Shown piece after piece: positions 46,051 to 56,079 of a DNA stretch of 64,000 nt. The DNA comes from Pseudomonadota bacterium. GTDB taxonomy: Bacteria > Pseudomonadota > Alphaproteobacteria > Micavibrionales > CSBR16-224. The translations under genes were made by a program, and so were the position numbers. Under the pieces are notes generated by a model. The model was not told where the DNA came from and searched no databases. It saw nothing but the letters and a program-made list of their open reading frames with translations. The stretch covers positions 741,540 through 805,539 of the forward strand of contig CP053449.1 of assembly GCA_013285465.1 (NCBI GenBank). Direction: 5' to 3'. Position 1 is the first letter of the stretch; every line of letters begins with the position of its first letter.

Positions 46051-47037
46051 GTGACCGTTCTCAGCGACATGGATATGGGAAGCGTTGACAAGAGTGCGGG
46101 AGCCATCGGGAACCTGACGCTCAGCACGACCGGCAGCATTACCTGTGCCGCGGGTTTTGTTTGTCCGGTGACGGGCACAATGGGGCGTTTGCAGGTGACG
46201 GGGGCAACGGGCGACCGCCTGCGCATCCGCTGTGAAAGAGACAAAATTCTGCGCAATAATACGGGGTCGGACGGATCACAGGATCAGGATGCGGATGAAA
46301 TCTATATCCGTCTTGGCTCGGGCACGGAGCAGACTTGCGGCGGCGGCTTTACGATTGATGATAATGTTTCCGCAAATCCGGCCAATAACGTGATTTATGT
46401 CGGGATGCGTTTTGTTGCGGATGATGCCATGCTGAACGGTCAATATTCCATGGGGGCGCATCCAAACGGGGAATTGTCGCTGGATATACGCATCGGTAAC
46501 GGCGGCAGTACCTTTAACGCCACACGAACCATAGATGGCCTGATCGGTTTTGAAGGCATTATCGGCATTACGGCCAGCACGAATATGGATTACGGCGAAA
46601 TCAGTCTGGGCGCAACACCCGTTGCGGGCGACCGCGCCGAACTGGGGACGGATGGCAGCATCAATTACGCCGGTAATTTTTCAGGCCCTGTGACGGGAAC
46701 ATCGGGAAGTGCCACCATCAGCGGGATTGCCTCCGGCGATATTGTCGAGGTCTATTGCAGTTCCTCCGCAACATTGGCAGGACCGGCAGGCAGCACGATT
46801 GATATGACAGGAATTGAAATGGCGGTATTGGCCAATCAGGGCGGTTACGGCAGCGGTTGGAGCTGTAACGGTGCCGGAACACCGGCGGTCGTCGGCGCAT
46901 ATGTGCCGACAACGCAGGATACGATTTTCCTGGGCGGCGTTCTGGACGGTGGCACGGCCTCCGGCACGATCAGCGGCGACTACAGCACCGGCAATCCCGG
47001 CGGCAGCTTTGTCGATGTGACTTTTGTAAAGCAGTAA
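46051..47037 (+). CDS. secreted beta-rich protein (DUF4402/fimbrial-like guess); 5' end unresolved
   Basis: Track ORF starts at GTG 46051, but the same frame is open from 45946 and encodes a signal-peptide-like ...LTLAAFALFFLIGGTPAFA-QS. The only nearby ATG (45935) is in another frame. Confidence 0.5.
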   Translation: MTVLSDMDMGSVDKSAGAIGNLTLSTTGSITCAAGFVCPVTGTMGRLQVTGATGDRLRIRCERDKILRNNTGSDGSQDQDADEIYIRLGSGTEQTCGGGFTIDDNVSANPANNVIYVGMRFVADDAMLNGQYSMGAHPNGELSLDIRIGNGGSTFNATRTIDGLIGFEGIIGITASTNMDYGEISLGATPVAGDRAELGTDGSINYAGNFSGPVTGTSGSATISGIASGDIVEVYCSSSATLAGPAGSTIDMTGIEMAVLANQGGYGSGWSCNGAGTPAVVGAYVPTTQDTIFLGGVLDGGTASGTISGDYSTGNPGGSFVDVTFVKQ

Positions 47038-47047
47038 GCCGCAGCCT

Positions 47048-48964
47048 TTACGCTTTCAGCAGCATGCCTTGTTCCATCAGACGCGACATACGGCGGGCGA
47101 ATTCCGCAGGATTCGGCAGCGGATCGCCTTCGATAATGCGCGCCTGATCCAACAGCAGCCACGCGGTATCGCTTAGAATATCATTGGCCTTATCATTGGC
47201 GACCAGCTTTTTCAGCTCTTTAATCACCGGATGGCCGGGATTGATTTCAAGAACGCGTTTGGCCAGCTCTTCATAGCCCTGATTTTTCTTCAGCATCCGC
47301 TCCATATGCATATCGACATCGCTGTCCTGTGCAACAAGGCAGACAGGGCTTTCCGTCAAGCGGTCCGACAGGCGGACATCTTTGACATCGCCGTCCAGAA
47401 TTTCTTTCAGCTTGGCAATGACAGGTTCCATCTCGGTTTTCAGCTTTTCTTTATCAGCCGCGGCGGATTTCTTTTTGCCCTTCTTGCCTTTTTCGGCGGG
47501 GGTTTCGATTTCGGCCAGTTCATCGGCGCTGCCGCGCGTGATGGATTTAAAGGTTTTTTGCTCGTAATCATAGGCAACGGGCAACCAGAATTCATCAATC
47601 GTGTCTGCCATGAACAGCACTTCGATGCCTTTGGCGTTATAACCTTCCAGCTGCGGAGAGTTGCGCAGCGTTTCCACATCCGGGCCGGAGATGTAGTAAA
47701 TATGTTTCTGGCCTTCCGGCATGCGGGAGATATAATCGTCCAAACTGGTCAACCCGTCCGCTTTACTGGAATAAAAGCGGACAACCTTGTTCAGATCAGC
47801 GCGGTATTGATGCGCATCATACAGGCCTTCCTTGATCACGGGGCCGAACATCGCCCAGAAATCTTCAAAACCTTTCGGATCATCCTCGGCTTTTTTGCGC
47901 AGCTCGTCCAAGACGCGGCGGGTCAGCCCGCTGCTGATCTTGGCGACAACCGGATTGTTTTGCAGCATTTCACGGCTGATATTCAGCGGCAGATCTTCAC
48001 TGTCGACAACGCCGCGCAGGAAACGCAGGAAGGGCGGAACCAGCCCTTCGATGCTGTCGGTAATATAAACCCGTTTCACGTAAAGGCGCACACTGTGCTG
48101 TCTTTTCGGGTCATATAAATCAAACGGCTTCATGTCGGGAATGTATAACAGGCAGGTATATTCCAACGCGCCTTCCGCACGCCAATGCATGGTGCTCCAC
48201 GGTTTGTCAAAACCGCCCGCACCGCTGACGCCGCGGTAGAACTCCGCATATTGTTCTTCGGTAATGTCGTTTTTCGGACGTATCCAAAGGGCGGAGGCGG
48301 TGTTGATCGGTTCCGCATCATCTTCCTCGCCGAAATAGATCGGGAAATCGATATGGTCGGAATATTTTTTGACGATCTGGCGCAGACGTTCTTCCAGCAG
48401 ATAGAAACCTTCATCTTCTTTCAGATGCAGGGTAATCTCCGTACCGGCATTGTCTTTCAGCGTTTCGTCAATCGTATAGGCGCCGCGCCCGTCCGAGACC
48501 CACAGCCAGGCTTTGTCATCACCTGCTTTGCGGCTGGACACTTCGACCTTGTCGGCAACCATAAAGGCGGAATAAAAACCGACGCCGAATTTACCGATCA
48601 GGTTCAGCGCATCTTCCTTTTTGTCTTTTTTTGCTTTGCCGATTTCTTCAACCAGTTTGGCGGTGCCGGAATGGGCGATGGTGCCGAGATTGTCAATCAT
48701 CTCTTCCTTGTTCATGCCGATACCGTTATCAATCAGCTTTAATGTCCGTGCATCACTGTCGCTGATAAGGCGCAGCTCAAATTTCTCGGGGACGTCCTTG
48801 GCGATTTTTTTATCCGTCAATGCGGCATAGCGCAGACGGTCGCAGGCATCCGATGCGTTGGAGATAAGCTCGCGCAGAAAAATATCCTTGTCGCTGTAAA
48901 GCGCATTGGCGACAATATCCAAAAGACGGCTGACTTCTGCCTGAAACTGGTGCTGTTCTGCCAT
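47048..48964 (-). CDS. htpG: molecular chaperone HtpG (Hsp90)
   Basis: FQAEVSRLLDIVANALYSDKDIFLRELISNASDACDRLRY and GQFGVGFYSAF-like KFGVGFYSAF. Confidence 0.95.
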   Translation of the reverse strand: MAEQHQFQAEVSRLLDIVANALYSDKDIFLRELISNASDACDRLRYAALTDKKIAKDVPEKFELRLISDSDARTLKLIDNGIGMNKEEMIDNLGTIAHSGTAKLVEEIGKAKKDKKEDALNLIGKFGVGFYSAFMVADKVEVSSRKAGDDKAWLWVSDGRGAYTIDETLKDNAGTEITLHLKEDEGFYLLEERLRQIVKKYSDHIDFPIYFGEEDDAEPINTASALWIRPKNDITEEQYAEFYRGVSGAGGFDKPWSTMHWRAEGALEYTCLLYIPDMKPFDLYDPKRQHSVRLYVKRVYITDSIEGLVPPFLRFLRGVVDSEDLPLNISREMLQNNPVVAKISSGLTRRVLDELRKKAEDDPKGFEDFWAMFGPVIKEGLYDAHQYRADLNKVVRFYSSKADGLTSLDDYISRMPEGQKHIYYISGPDVETLRNSPQLEGYNAKGIEVLFMADTIDEFWLPVAYDYEQKTFKSITRGSADELAEIETPAEKGKKGKKKSAAADKEKLKTEMEPVIAKLKEILDGDVKDVRLSDRLTESPVCLVAQDSDVDMHMERMLKKNQGYEELAKRVLEINPGHPVIKELKKLVANDKANDILSDTAWLLLDQARIIEGDPLPNPAEFARRMSRLMEQGMLLKA

Positions 48965-49057
48965 AATTTTTATCCTTCTTCGCTATTTTGTCAGTTTGAA
49001 CATGTGATTCCGCACAGAATATAGCACAAACACGTCAGAAATCCAGAGTTTCGGCGC

Positions 49058-49534
49058 TTATTCTTCGGTTTTTGCGGAAGGGTGCAGGGCTTTGTCGATA
49101 TATGCGGCACGTGTCAGCCCTGTGCCGTCGGATTTCCGCAGCAGCTCTTCAGGCGGCAGATAAATGACGGAGGGCACGCATTTCTTCCATGTGATATCCG
49201 TCATCACATATTGATCGCCGTCTTTTTTCAGCAACAGCAAGACCTCCATGCCTTTCTCGTAATTATAAAGCGGCATCTCGTAACTGGCCCAGCCATGGAT
49301 GCGCAGCTTTTCAGGAGCATCGCCCTTATAGCTTTTCACAACCGTAATATCCGTCCAGCCGCCGGGAATATCATCCGTGCTGTAATCTGTGATGATGCCG
49401 TGGACAATCAGATCCGATGCGGCTTTGGTTTCCGCGAATTGTTCCGGCGTTTGCGACATGCAGGCAGGGGTCGCCCGTGCGGCGGTGGGGAGTAATAAAA
49501 ATAAGGCAATAAGCAGTCCGGCGATCATGTTCAT
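49058..49534 (-). CDS. secreted hypothetical protein (TIMP/netrin-like N-terminal pattern)
   Basis: Signal peptide ...LLLPTAARA. The mature protein starts TPACMSQTPEQFAETKAASDLIVHGIITD...ITVVKSYKGD. Confidence 0.5.
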   Translation of the reverse strand: MNMIAGLLIALFLLLPTAARATPACMSQTPEQFAETKAASDLIVHGIITDYSTDDIPGGWTDITVVKSYKGDAPEKLRIHGWASYEMPLYNYEKGMEVLLLLKKDGDQYVMTDITWKKCVPSVIYLPPEELLRKSDGTGLTRAAYIDKALHPSAKTEE

Positions 49535-50373
49535 TCGCCTGCCTCTAATGCAGGGAAATAGGGTAGTAGCCCTTTCAGCAAATTTTGCAAACGCTGTTTC
49601 TCTGTATCGGACAGCGCGGGCCGGCTCCAGAATCCGGTCACGGATTGCAGCTCGGCAAGCGTGATATCGCCGGAGCCGTCTGCATCAAACAGCTGCATCA
49701 GACCCGCCGTGATGGTGTCGATATCTCTGCGGGAAGTGTTATGTGCACCGTTTAAACTGCCGAATACTGCGGTATCCTGTAATATTTTGCGTATCTCTGC
49801 CTCCCGCAGGCTGGTGCTGTTGCCGGGCATATATAATGTGAACAGCTTTTCACTGCAGACATCATCAATATTGTTGCGGCACAAAGGATAAACACTATCC
49901 AGCTTGGCCGACAGCTCCATCAAATCCGCCAGACCGACAGGAAGGGCGGTATCAAAGCAATGCATATATTCCTGATAGGCGGCGGCATCAAGCTCGTCCC
50001 AGTTGGCGGCAAGCCGTGCGCCTTTTTCCAGCTGCACCATTTGCAGCACGCCGTCTTCCAGCACGCGGGCGGGCATGTAACTGCCGCGCGGGCTGTTAAA
50101 ACCGATCACATCATAGCCGTCTTTGTTTTGCAGCGTTGCGGCGGATGACATGGTAATCACGCCGTCACTGCCGGTATCAAAACGGAAATATTCGGAATAA
50201 AAATGCCATTCTTCGGGCGCAAAACAGTCAGGCGCGGCCCAGACGCCGCGCATCATTTCCGGCACGGGTTTCAGCGCCACAGGGTCACGCGTGGCAAAGG
50301 CGGGCAGGGCGGCAAGGCAAGAAATCAGTGTGCCAAGCACGAAAACCCAAAAATTCAATTGTATCTTGCGCAT
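49531..50373 (-). CDS. secreted protein with a canonical EF-hand loop
   Basis: Signal peptide ...[22 protein letters not shown] fits the 12-residue EF-hand loop. ATGA overlap with the downstream gene. Confidence 0.55.
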   Translation of the reverse strand: MRKIQLNFWVFVLGTLISCLAALPAFATRDPVALKPVPEMMRGVWAAPDCFAPEEWHFYSEYFRFDTGSDGVITMSSAATLQNKDGYDVIGFNSPRGSYMPARVLEDGVLQMVQLEKGARLAANWDELDAAAYQEYMHCFDTALPVGLADLMELSAKLDSVYPLCRNNIDDVCSEKLFTLYMPGNSTSLREAEIRKILQDTAVFGSLNGAHNTSRRDIDTITAGLMQLFDADGSGDITLAELQSVTGFWSRPALSDTEKQRLQNLLKGLLPYFPALEAGE

Positions 50374-50437
50374 AATTTCACTATCTTCCAGTAGAATTCT
50401 AAATAGTGTAAACCGTTATAAGAATAATGAAAAGACC

Positions 50438-52243
50438 ATGACAACGGACCAGTCACATATTCGCAATTTTGCGATTATCGCGCATATCGATCACGGCAAA
50501 TCCACACTTGCCGACCGCCTGATTCAAACCTGCGGCGGGCTGACCGACCGCGAAATGAAAGAGCAGGTGCTGGATTCGATGGATCTTGAGCGCGAACGCG
50601 GTATCACCATCAAGGCGCAAACCGTGCGCCTGACGCATACAGCCGCAGACGGTCAGGAATATCAGTTAAATCTGATGGACACGCCCGGCCATGTCGATTT
50701 TGCCTATGAGGTCAGCCGTTCGCTTGCCGCCTGTGAAGGTTCGCTGCTGATTGTCGATGCCACGCAGGGGGTTGAGGCGCAGACGCTGGCAAATGTCTAT
50801 CAGGCCATCGACAATAACCATGAGATTATTCCGGTCATTAACAAGATTGATCTGCCCGCCTCGGATGTCGAGCGCGTCAAACGCCAGATCGAAGATGTGA
50901 TCGGCATTGATGCCTCCGATGCGATTGAAGTCTCGGCCAAAACAGGTGTCGGCGTTCCCGAACTTTTGGATGCCATTGTTACCCGTCTGCCTGCGCCGCA
51001 AGGCAACCGCGAGGAAAAACTGCAAGCGCTGCTGGTTGACAGCTGGTATGACCCTTATCTCGGCGTGGTCATCCTTGTCCGTATTATGGAGGGGATCATG
51101 CGGGAGAAAGAAAAACTCTATTTCATGAACACCCGCGCGGTTTATGATGCGGAAAATGTCGGTATCTTTACCCCCAAACATGTCAAAACAGGCGTACTCG
51201 CGGCAGGGGAAATGGGCTATCTGACCTGCGGCATCAAGGATATTTCCGAAACCAGCATCGGTGACACGATCACCCATGAAAAGAAACGCTGTGCGACCAA
51301 GCTTGCGGGTTTCAAACCTTCCGTGCCGATGGTCTTCTGCAGCCTGTTCCCGTCCGATAGCGGCGAATATGATAAGCTGCGCGACAGTCTCGGCAAACTG
51401 GCCTTAAATGATTCCAGCCTGCATTTCGAACCGGAAAATTCCACCGCGCTCGGCCTCGGCTTCCGCTGCGGTTTTCTCGGACTTTTGCATATGGAGATTA
51501 TTCAGGAGCGGCTCGACCGCGAATTTGATCTTGATCTGATCCCGACCGCCCCCTCGGTGGTCTATCACATCTATACCAATAAGGGCGAAAAGATCGAACT
51601 GTATAACCCCGCCGATATGCCCGATCTGGTCTATGTCGAACATATCGAGGAACCGTGGATCAAGGCGACGATCTTCGTGCCCGATGAATATCTCGGCGGT
51701 ATTCTGGCGCTGTGTCAGGAACGGCGCGGCGAACAGGTGGAGCTGACCTATGTCGGCGGCCGCGCGATGGTGATCTATCTGCTGCCGCTGAATGAAGTGG
51801 TGTTTGATTTCTATGACCGCCTGAAATCCGTCAGCCGCGGCTATGCCAGCTTTGATTACGAAATCGACAGCTACCGCGAAGGCGATCTGGTAAAGATGAG
51901 CATCCTCGTCAATGCCGAACCCGTTGATGCGCTGGCAATGATCGTCCACCGCTCTCAGGCCGAACGGCGCGGACGCCAGCTTTGCGAAAGACTGAAAGAC
52001 CTGATCCCGCGCCAGATGTTCAAAATCGCCATTCAGGCCGCCATCGGCGGCAAGATCATCGCCCGCGAGACCCTGTCCGCCATGCGTAAGGATGTGACGG
52101 CAAAATGTTACGGCGGCGATATCAGCCGTAAACGCAAATTGCTGGACAAGCAGAAAAAGGGTAAGAAAAAGATGCGCCAATACGGCAATGTCGAAATCCC
52201 CCAAAGCGCCTTCATCGCCGCCCTCAAAATGGGCGATGAATAA
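50438..52243 (+). CDS. lepA: translation elongation factor 4
   Basis: [29 protein letters not shown] and NKIDLP, plus the LepA C-terminal region. Start trimmed to the ATG at 50438. Confidence 0.95.
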   Translation: MTTDQSHIRNFAIIAHIDHGKSTLADRLIQTCGGLTDREMKEQVLDSMDLERERGITIKAQTVRLTHTAADGQEYQLNLMDTPGHVDFAYEVSRSLAACEGSLLIVDATQGVEAQTLANVYQAIDNNHEIIPVINKIDLPASDVERVKRQIEDVIGIDASDAIEVSAKTGVGVPELLDAIVTRLPAPQGNREEKLQALLVDSWYDPYLGVVILVRIMEGIMREKEKLYFMNTRAVYDAENVGIFTPKHVKTGVLAAGEMGYLTCGIKDISETSIGDTITHEKKRCATKLAGFKPSVPMVFCSLFPSDSGEYDKLRDSLGKLALNDSSLHFEPENSTALGLGFRCGFLGLLHMEIIQERLDREFDLDLIPTAPSVVYHIYTNKGEKIELYNPADMPDLVYVEHIEEPWIKATIFVPDEYLGGILALCQERRGEQVELTYVGGRAMVIYLLPLNEVVFDFYDRLKSVSRGYASFDYEIDSYREGDLVKMSILVNAEPVDALAMIVHRSQAERRGRQLCERLKDLIPRQMFKIAIQAAIGGKIIARETLSAMRKDVTAKCYGGDISRKRKLLDKQKKGKKKMRQYGNVEIPQSAFIAALKMGDE

Positions 52244-52267
52244 TTATTCATTGAATATCTGTTATTA

Positions 52268-53098
52268 TTAAGGCTTCCGCCGATTGACATTGCGGCGGTA
52301 GCGCGGCACATGGGAGAAGGGTGTGACGGTATGAAGGGAGCGGCTGAACAGCGCCTCGTTCAATTTTCCGCCGTGCTCTTTGAATTTCTTGGCGGCGGTG
52401 ACAATGACGTCTTTTTCGGCGGCGGGGTCTGAAAAGGCCATATCGGTCGTTGTCAGTTTGCCGCTTTCGAAATCCTTGGTCAGTTTGCTCAGCGTCATCG
52501 CGCTGAAATTGAAAATATAGGTCACGCCCGTATCGGCTGCGGGCAGGGTACGGTGGACGATACTGTTCTTATTGCCGGGGGCGGGGTGCCAGCTATTCGC
52601 GGCATGATCCAGATAATTGGCCAGCGCCTTATGCCCGTCTTTTTCCGCCCAGCCGCCGGCTGTCTGGTTTTTGTCATTTTTGATGGAAGCATCCGCCCCG
52701 AAGCGCAGCAGCAATTTGCAAAGATTCGTCTCGCCGTGCCGCGCCGCCCAGTGCAGTGCCGTACCGCCCCAGTTTTTTGTCAAATTCGGGTCGGCACCTT
52801 TTGCCAGCAAGGCTTCGGCGGCATTGGCTTTCTTGCCTTCGGCGGCGTAAATCAGTGCCGTGGCTCCGTAACGGTTCATCCAGTCAACATCTGCCCCGCC
52901 CTGAATCAGCAGCTCAATCATCATGGTGTTGTTTTTGATCGCGGCAATCATCAGCGGCGAACATTGTTGGAATTCACCATCCGTCGTATTCAGAAAAACA
53001 TCGGGTGATGCGCCTGCACGCAGACAATCACGCGCGGCCTCGACGTCATTTTTTATGACGGCATCGACAAGTCTTCCTGATGCTTCCTGAACGGACAT
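52268..53098 (-). CDS. ankyrin-repeat protein with a non-ANK C-terminal domain
   Basis: ANK units: SPLMIAAIKNNTMMIELLIQGGADVD, GATALIYAAEGKKANAAEALLAKGADPN and GGTALHWAARHGETNLCKLLLRFGADAS. Confidence 0.8.
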   Translation of the reverse strand: MSVQEASGRLVDAVIKNDVEAARDCLRAGASPDVFLNTTDGEFQQCSPLMIAAIKNNTMMIELLIQGGADVDWMNRYGATALIYAAEGKKANAAEALLAKGADPNLTKNWGGTALHWAARHGETNLCKLLLRFGADASIKNDKNQTAGGWAEKDGHKALANYLDHAANSWHPAPGNKNSIVHRTLPAADTGVTYIFNFSAMTLSKLTKDFESGKLTTTDMAFSDPAAEKDVIVTAAKKFKEHGGKLNEALFSRSLHTVTPFSHVPRYRRNVNRRKP

Positions 53099-53122
53099 GG
53101 TTCCGTACTTCCTTTGTTCGTA

Positions 53123-53875
53123 TCAGCGTGAAAAACGCTGTTTTGAAGCTTTTGACGGTGCTGATTTCCGTTGATCCGCCACTTCCTTGCAGAACGGATC
53201 AAGATGCGGGGCGGGCGGGGTAATGTTGACCCCGAACGCCGCCAGATCCTGCGCATTGTCTACCGGAATATAGGCCAGAAATTCATCGCCGTATTGCGGC
53301 GCTTCGTCATGTTTGGGACCGCCGTAACCATAGGGCAGGGCAAGGTCTTTACCATCCGCGGTTTTGTAGTAAAAGCTGTTGCCGCCCTGAACGCCGCTTC
53401 CCAGCCCGATCTGTTCGTAATTGCCGGGCGTACCGATCAACAGCGTGTGGCGTTCCTTTTTGTCCAGCCCGTCAATCAGCAGCAGCAGACGACCGTCGCC
53501 GAATTTGGCGGCGCGGGTGATATGCGGCGGGTTGGCGCGTCCTTGCAGTTCCAGACGCCCGTTTTCAAGATCGTCATTCAGCTTGGCGACCGTGGCCGCA
53601 TCCGCCAGTTTTCCGGCGCTGCGGTTGAAGGGGGTGATCAGCCGTGCCGCGATCAGTTCGCCGTCCTCGACTTCATAAGTCAGATCATATTTCTTGAAGT
53701 CCTCGGCGCGCGTTTCGATTTTGTGATGGAATTTTCCCAGCAGTTCCTTTTTCTCGCCCCAGCCCAGATAGGCCTTGTCGCTGCCTTCCGGCATGAAATA
53801 GGGCGCACCGCCGGCAATCAGAAAATCGCCCTCTGGAAATTTTAACACATAATCTATAACCTTGTTTGTAGGCAT
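53123..53875 (-). CDS. hypothetical protein
   Basis: ORF immediately upstream of the ankyrin gene on the same strand (24-nt gap). Start chosen at MPTNKV. No family recognised. Confidence 0.5.
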   Translation of the reverse strand: MPTNKVIDYVLKFPEGDFLIAGGAPYFMPEGSDKAYLGWGEKKELLGKFHHKIETRAEDFKKYDLTYEVEDGELIAARLITPFNRSAGKLADAATVAKLNDDLENGRLELQGRANPPHITRAAKFGDGRLLLLIDGLDKKERHTLLIGTPGNYEQIGLGSGVQGGNSFYYKTADGKDLALPYGYGGPKHDEAPQYGDEFLAYIPVDNAQDLAAFGVNITPPAPHLDPFCKEVADQRKSAPSKASKQRFSR

Positions 53876-53987
53876 TCGATGTCTCCGCTGGTTTAAAGAA
53901 TGGATATGTATAACATATTGGAAAAACATAATGCAAGATAATATCTCGGGTCATGGTCGCGTAACGGAAGGAAAATGGTGTAAAAAT

Positions 53988-54431
53988 ATGTCTCAGTCAA
54001 AAATTTACTTTCTTCTGCCGGGGGCTGTGGTTTTCAGCCTTTGTCTTATGGTCGCGCTGCCGCGTGCCCATGCGCAAAAACAGGCATTGTCAAAAAGCCT
54101 GATTGAATGTTCCATCGTTTTTGAACTGAACCGGATGATGGCGATACAGAAAAGACGCCCCGCCGATGATCTGGAAAAATATGATGCCGCGATTGACGGT
54201 TTTAAAAACGCCGCCCGCGACTATGCCGAAAAAGAAAAGCAGCCGCAGGGTGTGGATAATTATATCAATGATACCTATGCGTCAATGATGCCGAAATGGC
54301 AGAGCAAATTTAACGCCATCACCAACCCGAAATCCGTGCCGGATGTCGTTGCGGAAACAAAGGATTTGATGGACTGGATTTCCTATTGCGCCGCCTTCGG
54401 CAAAAAACTCGGCATCCTGCCTGTGAAATAA
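53988..54431 (+). CDS. secreted helical hypothetical protein
   Basis: Signal peptide MSQSKIYFLLPGAVVFSLCLMVALPRAHA. Start trimmed from the track ORF. Confidence 0.45.
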   Translation: MSQSKIYFLLPGAVVFSLCLMVALPRAHAQKQALSKSLIECSIVFELNRMMAIQKRRPADDLEKYDAAIDGFKNAARDYAEKEKQPQGVDNYINDTYASMMPKWQSKFNAITNPKSVPDVVAETKDLMDWISYCAAFGKKLGILPVK

Positions 54432-54439
54432 CCGGCTTT

Positions 54440-55234
54440 TTACGAGGCCTGCTTGCGCCAAGACGGCTCGCCCTTATTCAGGAAGGCAGAAAGCCCTTCT
54501 TTGCCGTCATCTGAGGCACGGGCTTCGGCGATTTTTTGCGCCGTATGGCTGATAACCTCGTCATCAATTGGGCGTTTGGCAATATCGCGGATCAGCTCTT
54601 TGCCCATGCGTTGCGCGCCGGGGGCGCCATCCATCAATGAAGACAGGATACCGCTTAAGACTTCCTCCAGCTCTTCCGCTTCGGGGGATTCATGGACAAG
54701 ACCGATTTTTCTGGCCTGTTTGCCGGAAAAACGCTCCGCCGTCATGAAAAAGCGCCGCGCCTGCCGCTCGCCGATGGCGGCAATCACATAAGGGGCGATA
54801 ATGCTGGGGATCAAGCCGATGCGGACTTCTGACAGGCAGAAAGTGGTGTTTTTCTCGGCAATGGCGATATCGCAACAAGCCGTCAGTCCCACGCCGCCGC
54901 CAAAGGCGTTGCCATGCACAACGGCGATGGTCGGTTTGGGAAGCGTGTTGATGGTTTTCAAGAGTTTGCCCAGCGTCATCGCATCGGCGACATTTTCATC
55001 AAAACCGTATTCGGCGGTTTTGCGCATCCAGTTCAAATCACCGCCTGCGGAAAAGCTTTTACCGTTGCCGCGCAGCACAACGGCACGGATGGCATCATTC
55101 TTGCCCATCTCTTCAAAAGCCGCGGTCAGCGCCGCGATCATTTCCTCGTTAAAGGCATTGTGCAGGTCGGGGCGGTTCATGGTGATGGTGCCGACGGCAC
55201 CGTCGATGTCGGTCAGAACAATCTTTTCGCTCAT
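54440..55234 (-). CDS. enoyl-CoA hydratase/isomerase family protein
   Basis: ITMNRPDLHNAF, VVLRGNGKSFSAGGDL and VHGNAFGGGVGL. Confidence 0.85.
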   Translation of the reverse strand: MSEKIVLTDIDGAVGTITMNRPDLHNAFNEEMIAALTAAFEEMGKNDAIRAVVLRGNGKSFSAGGDLNWMRKTAEYGFDENVADAMTLGKLLKTINTLPKPTIAVVHGNAFGGGVGLTACCDIAIAEKNTTFCLSEVRIGLIPSIIAPYVIAAIGERQARRFFMTAERFSGKQARKIGLVHESPEAEELEEVLSGILSSLMDGAPGAQRMGKELIRDIAKRPIDDEVISHTAQKIAEARASDDGKEGLSAFLNKGEPSWRKQAS

Positions 55235-56010
55235 GCGGCAATCTCCAGAATAATGGGGGTGTGGTCCGAGGCTTTTTCCTTGCCGCGCGGGTCTGAATCA
55301 ATGCGGCAATGTTTCATTTTATCGGCGGTCTGCGGCGATAGCAGGAAATGGTCAATGCGGATGCCGTGGTTTTTCTGCCAGGCACCGCCTTTGTAATCCC
55401 AGAAGGTGTAAGCGCCGGGCGTGTCTCTGTGTTCGGCGCGGAAAGCATCGGTCAGCCCCAGATGGACAAGGGCGCGGAATTTCTTGCGGCTGTCCAGACG
55501 GAACAGCGCATCATCCTGCCATGCGGTGGGGTCGTAACAATCTTCATTGGCGGGGATGATGTTGAAATCACCGCCGAGGATAAAGGGCGTTTCCGCATCC
55601 AGCATTGCTTTGGCACGTTTGCGCAGGCGATCCATCCATTTCAGTTTATACGGATATTTCTCGCTGTCGACGGGGTTGCCGTTCGGCAGATACAGGCAGC
55701 AATAACGGATGCCGTCGATTTCCACCTCAAGATAACGTGATTGCGCGTCGCTTTTGTCGCCGGGCAGCCCCTTCAGCACATCCGTCGGTTCTTTTTTGGA
55801 AAGAATGGCGACACCGTTCCAGCTTTTCTGACCGTGGACGGTACAATGATAGCCGCGTTTTTCAAATTCCTCCGCAGGGAATTGGTCGTCTTCGGCTTTT
55901 AATTCCTGCATCATCAGAATGTCGGGCTTGGCATGATCCAGCCATTCCAGCACATTCGGCAGTCTTGCACGGATCGAATTGACGTTCCAACTGGCGATTT
56001 TTTTTGTCAT
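55231..56010 (-). CDS. xthA: exodeoxyribonuclease III
   Basis: IASWNVNSIRARL, ILMMQELK, GGDFNI and SDHTPI. Start at MTKKIASW. Confidence 0.9.
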   Translation of the reverse strand: MTKKIASWNVNSIRARLPNVLEWLDHAKPDILMMQELKAEDDQFPAEEFEKRGYHCTVHGQKSWNGVAILSKKEPTDVLKGLPGDKSDAQSRYLEVEIDGIRYCCLYLPNGNPVDSEKYPYKLKWMDRLRKRAKAMLDAETPFILGGDFNIIPANEDCYDPTAWQDDALFRLDSRKKFRALVHLGLTDAFRAEHRDTPGAYTFWDYKGGAWQKNHGIRIDHFLLSPQTADKMKHCRIDSDPRGKEKASDHTPIILEIAA

Positions 56011-56079
56011 CTGTTTTTCCCGCATGTTCAAATTCATGTTACAATAGCAACGCTGCATTAAAAATCAAGGAGAGAGAGT

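Noticed and set aside
48965-49057. An RpoH-type heat-shock promoter upstream of htpG (and likewise upstream of hsp20 at 44220-44340)
   Set aside because: I found only partial matches to CTTG-N17-CYTATNT (for example GCTATATT upstream of htpG and TTGCAA-N17-AACCTAGAC upstream of hsp20). That is not enough to report a feature without a PWM scan or transcription-start data.
50291-50437. Long N-terminal extensions in track ORFs: lepA from 50291, gpt from 27359, thiolase from 32434, dgt-like from 57354, grxC from 34962, xthA from 56058, preA from 1809
   Set aside because: In each case the extension overlaps a neighbouring gene or an intergenic promoter region. It lacks homology-like sequence, and an internal ATG with a Shine-Dalgarno begins the conserved family N-terminus.
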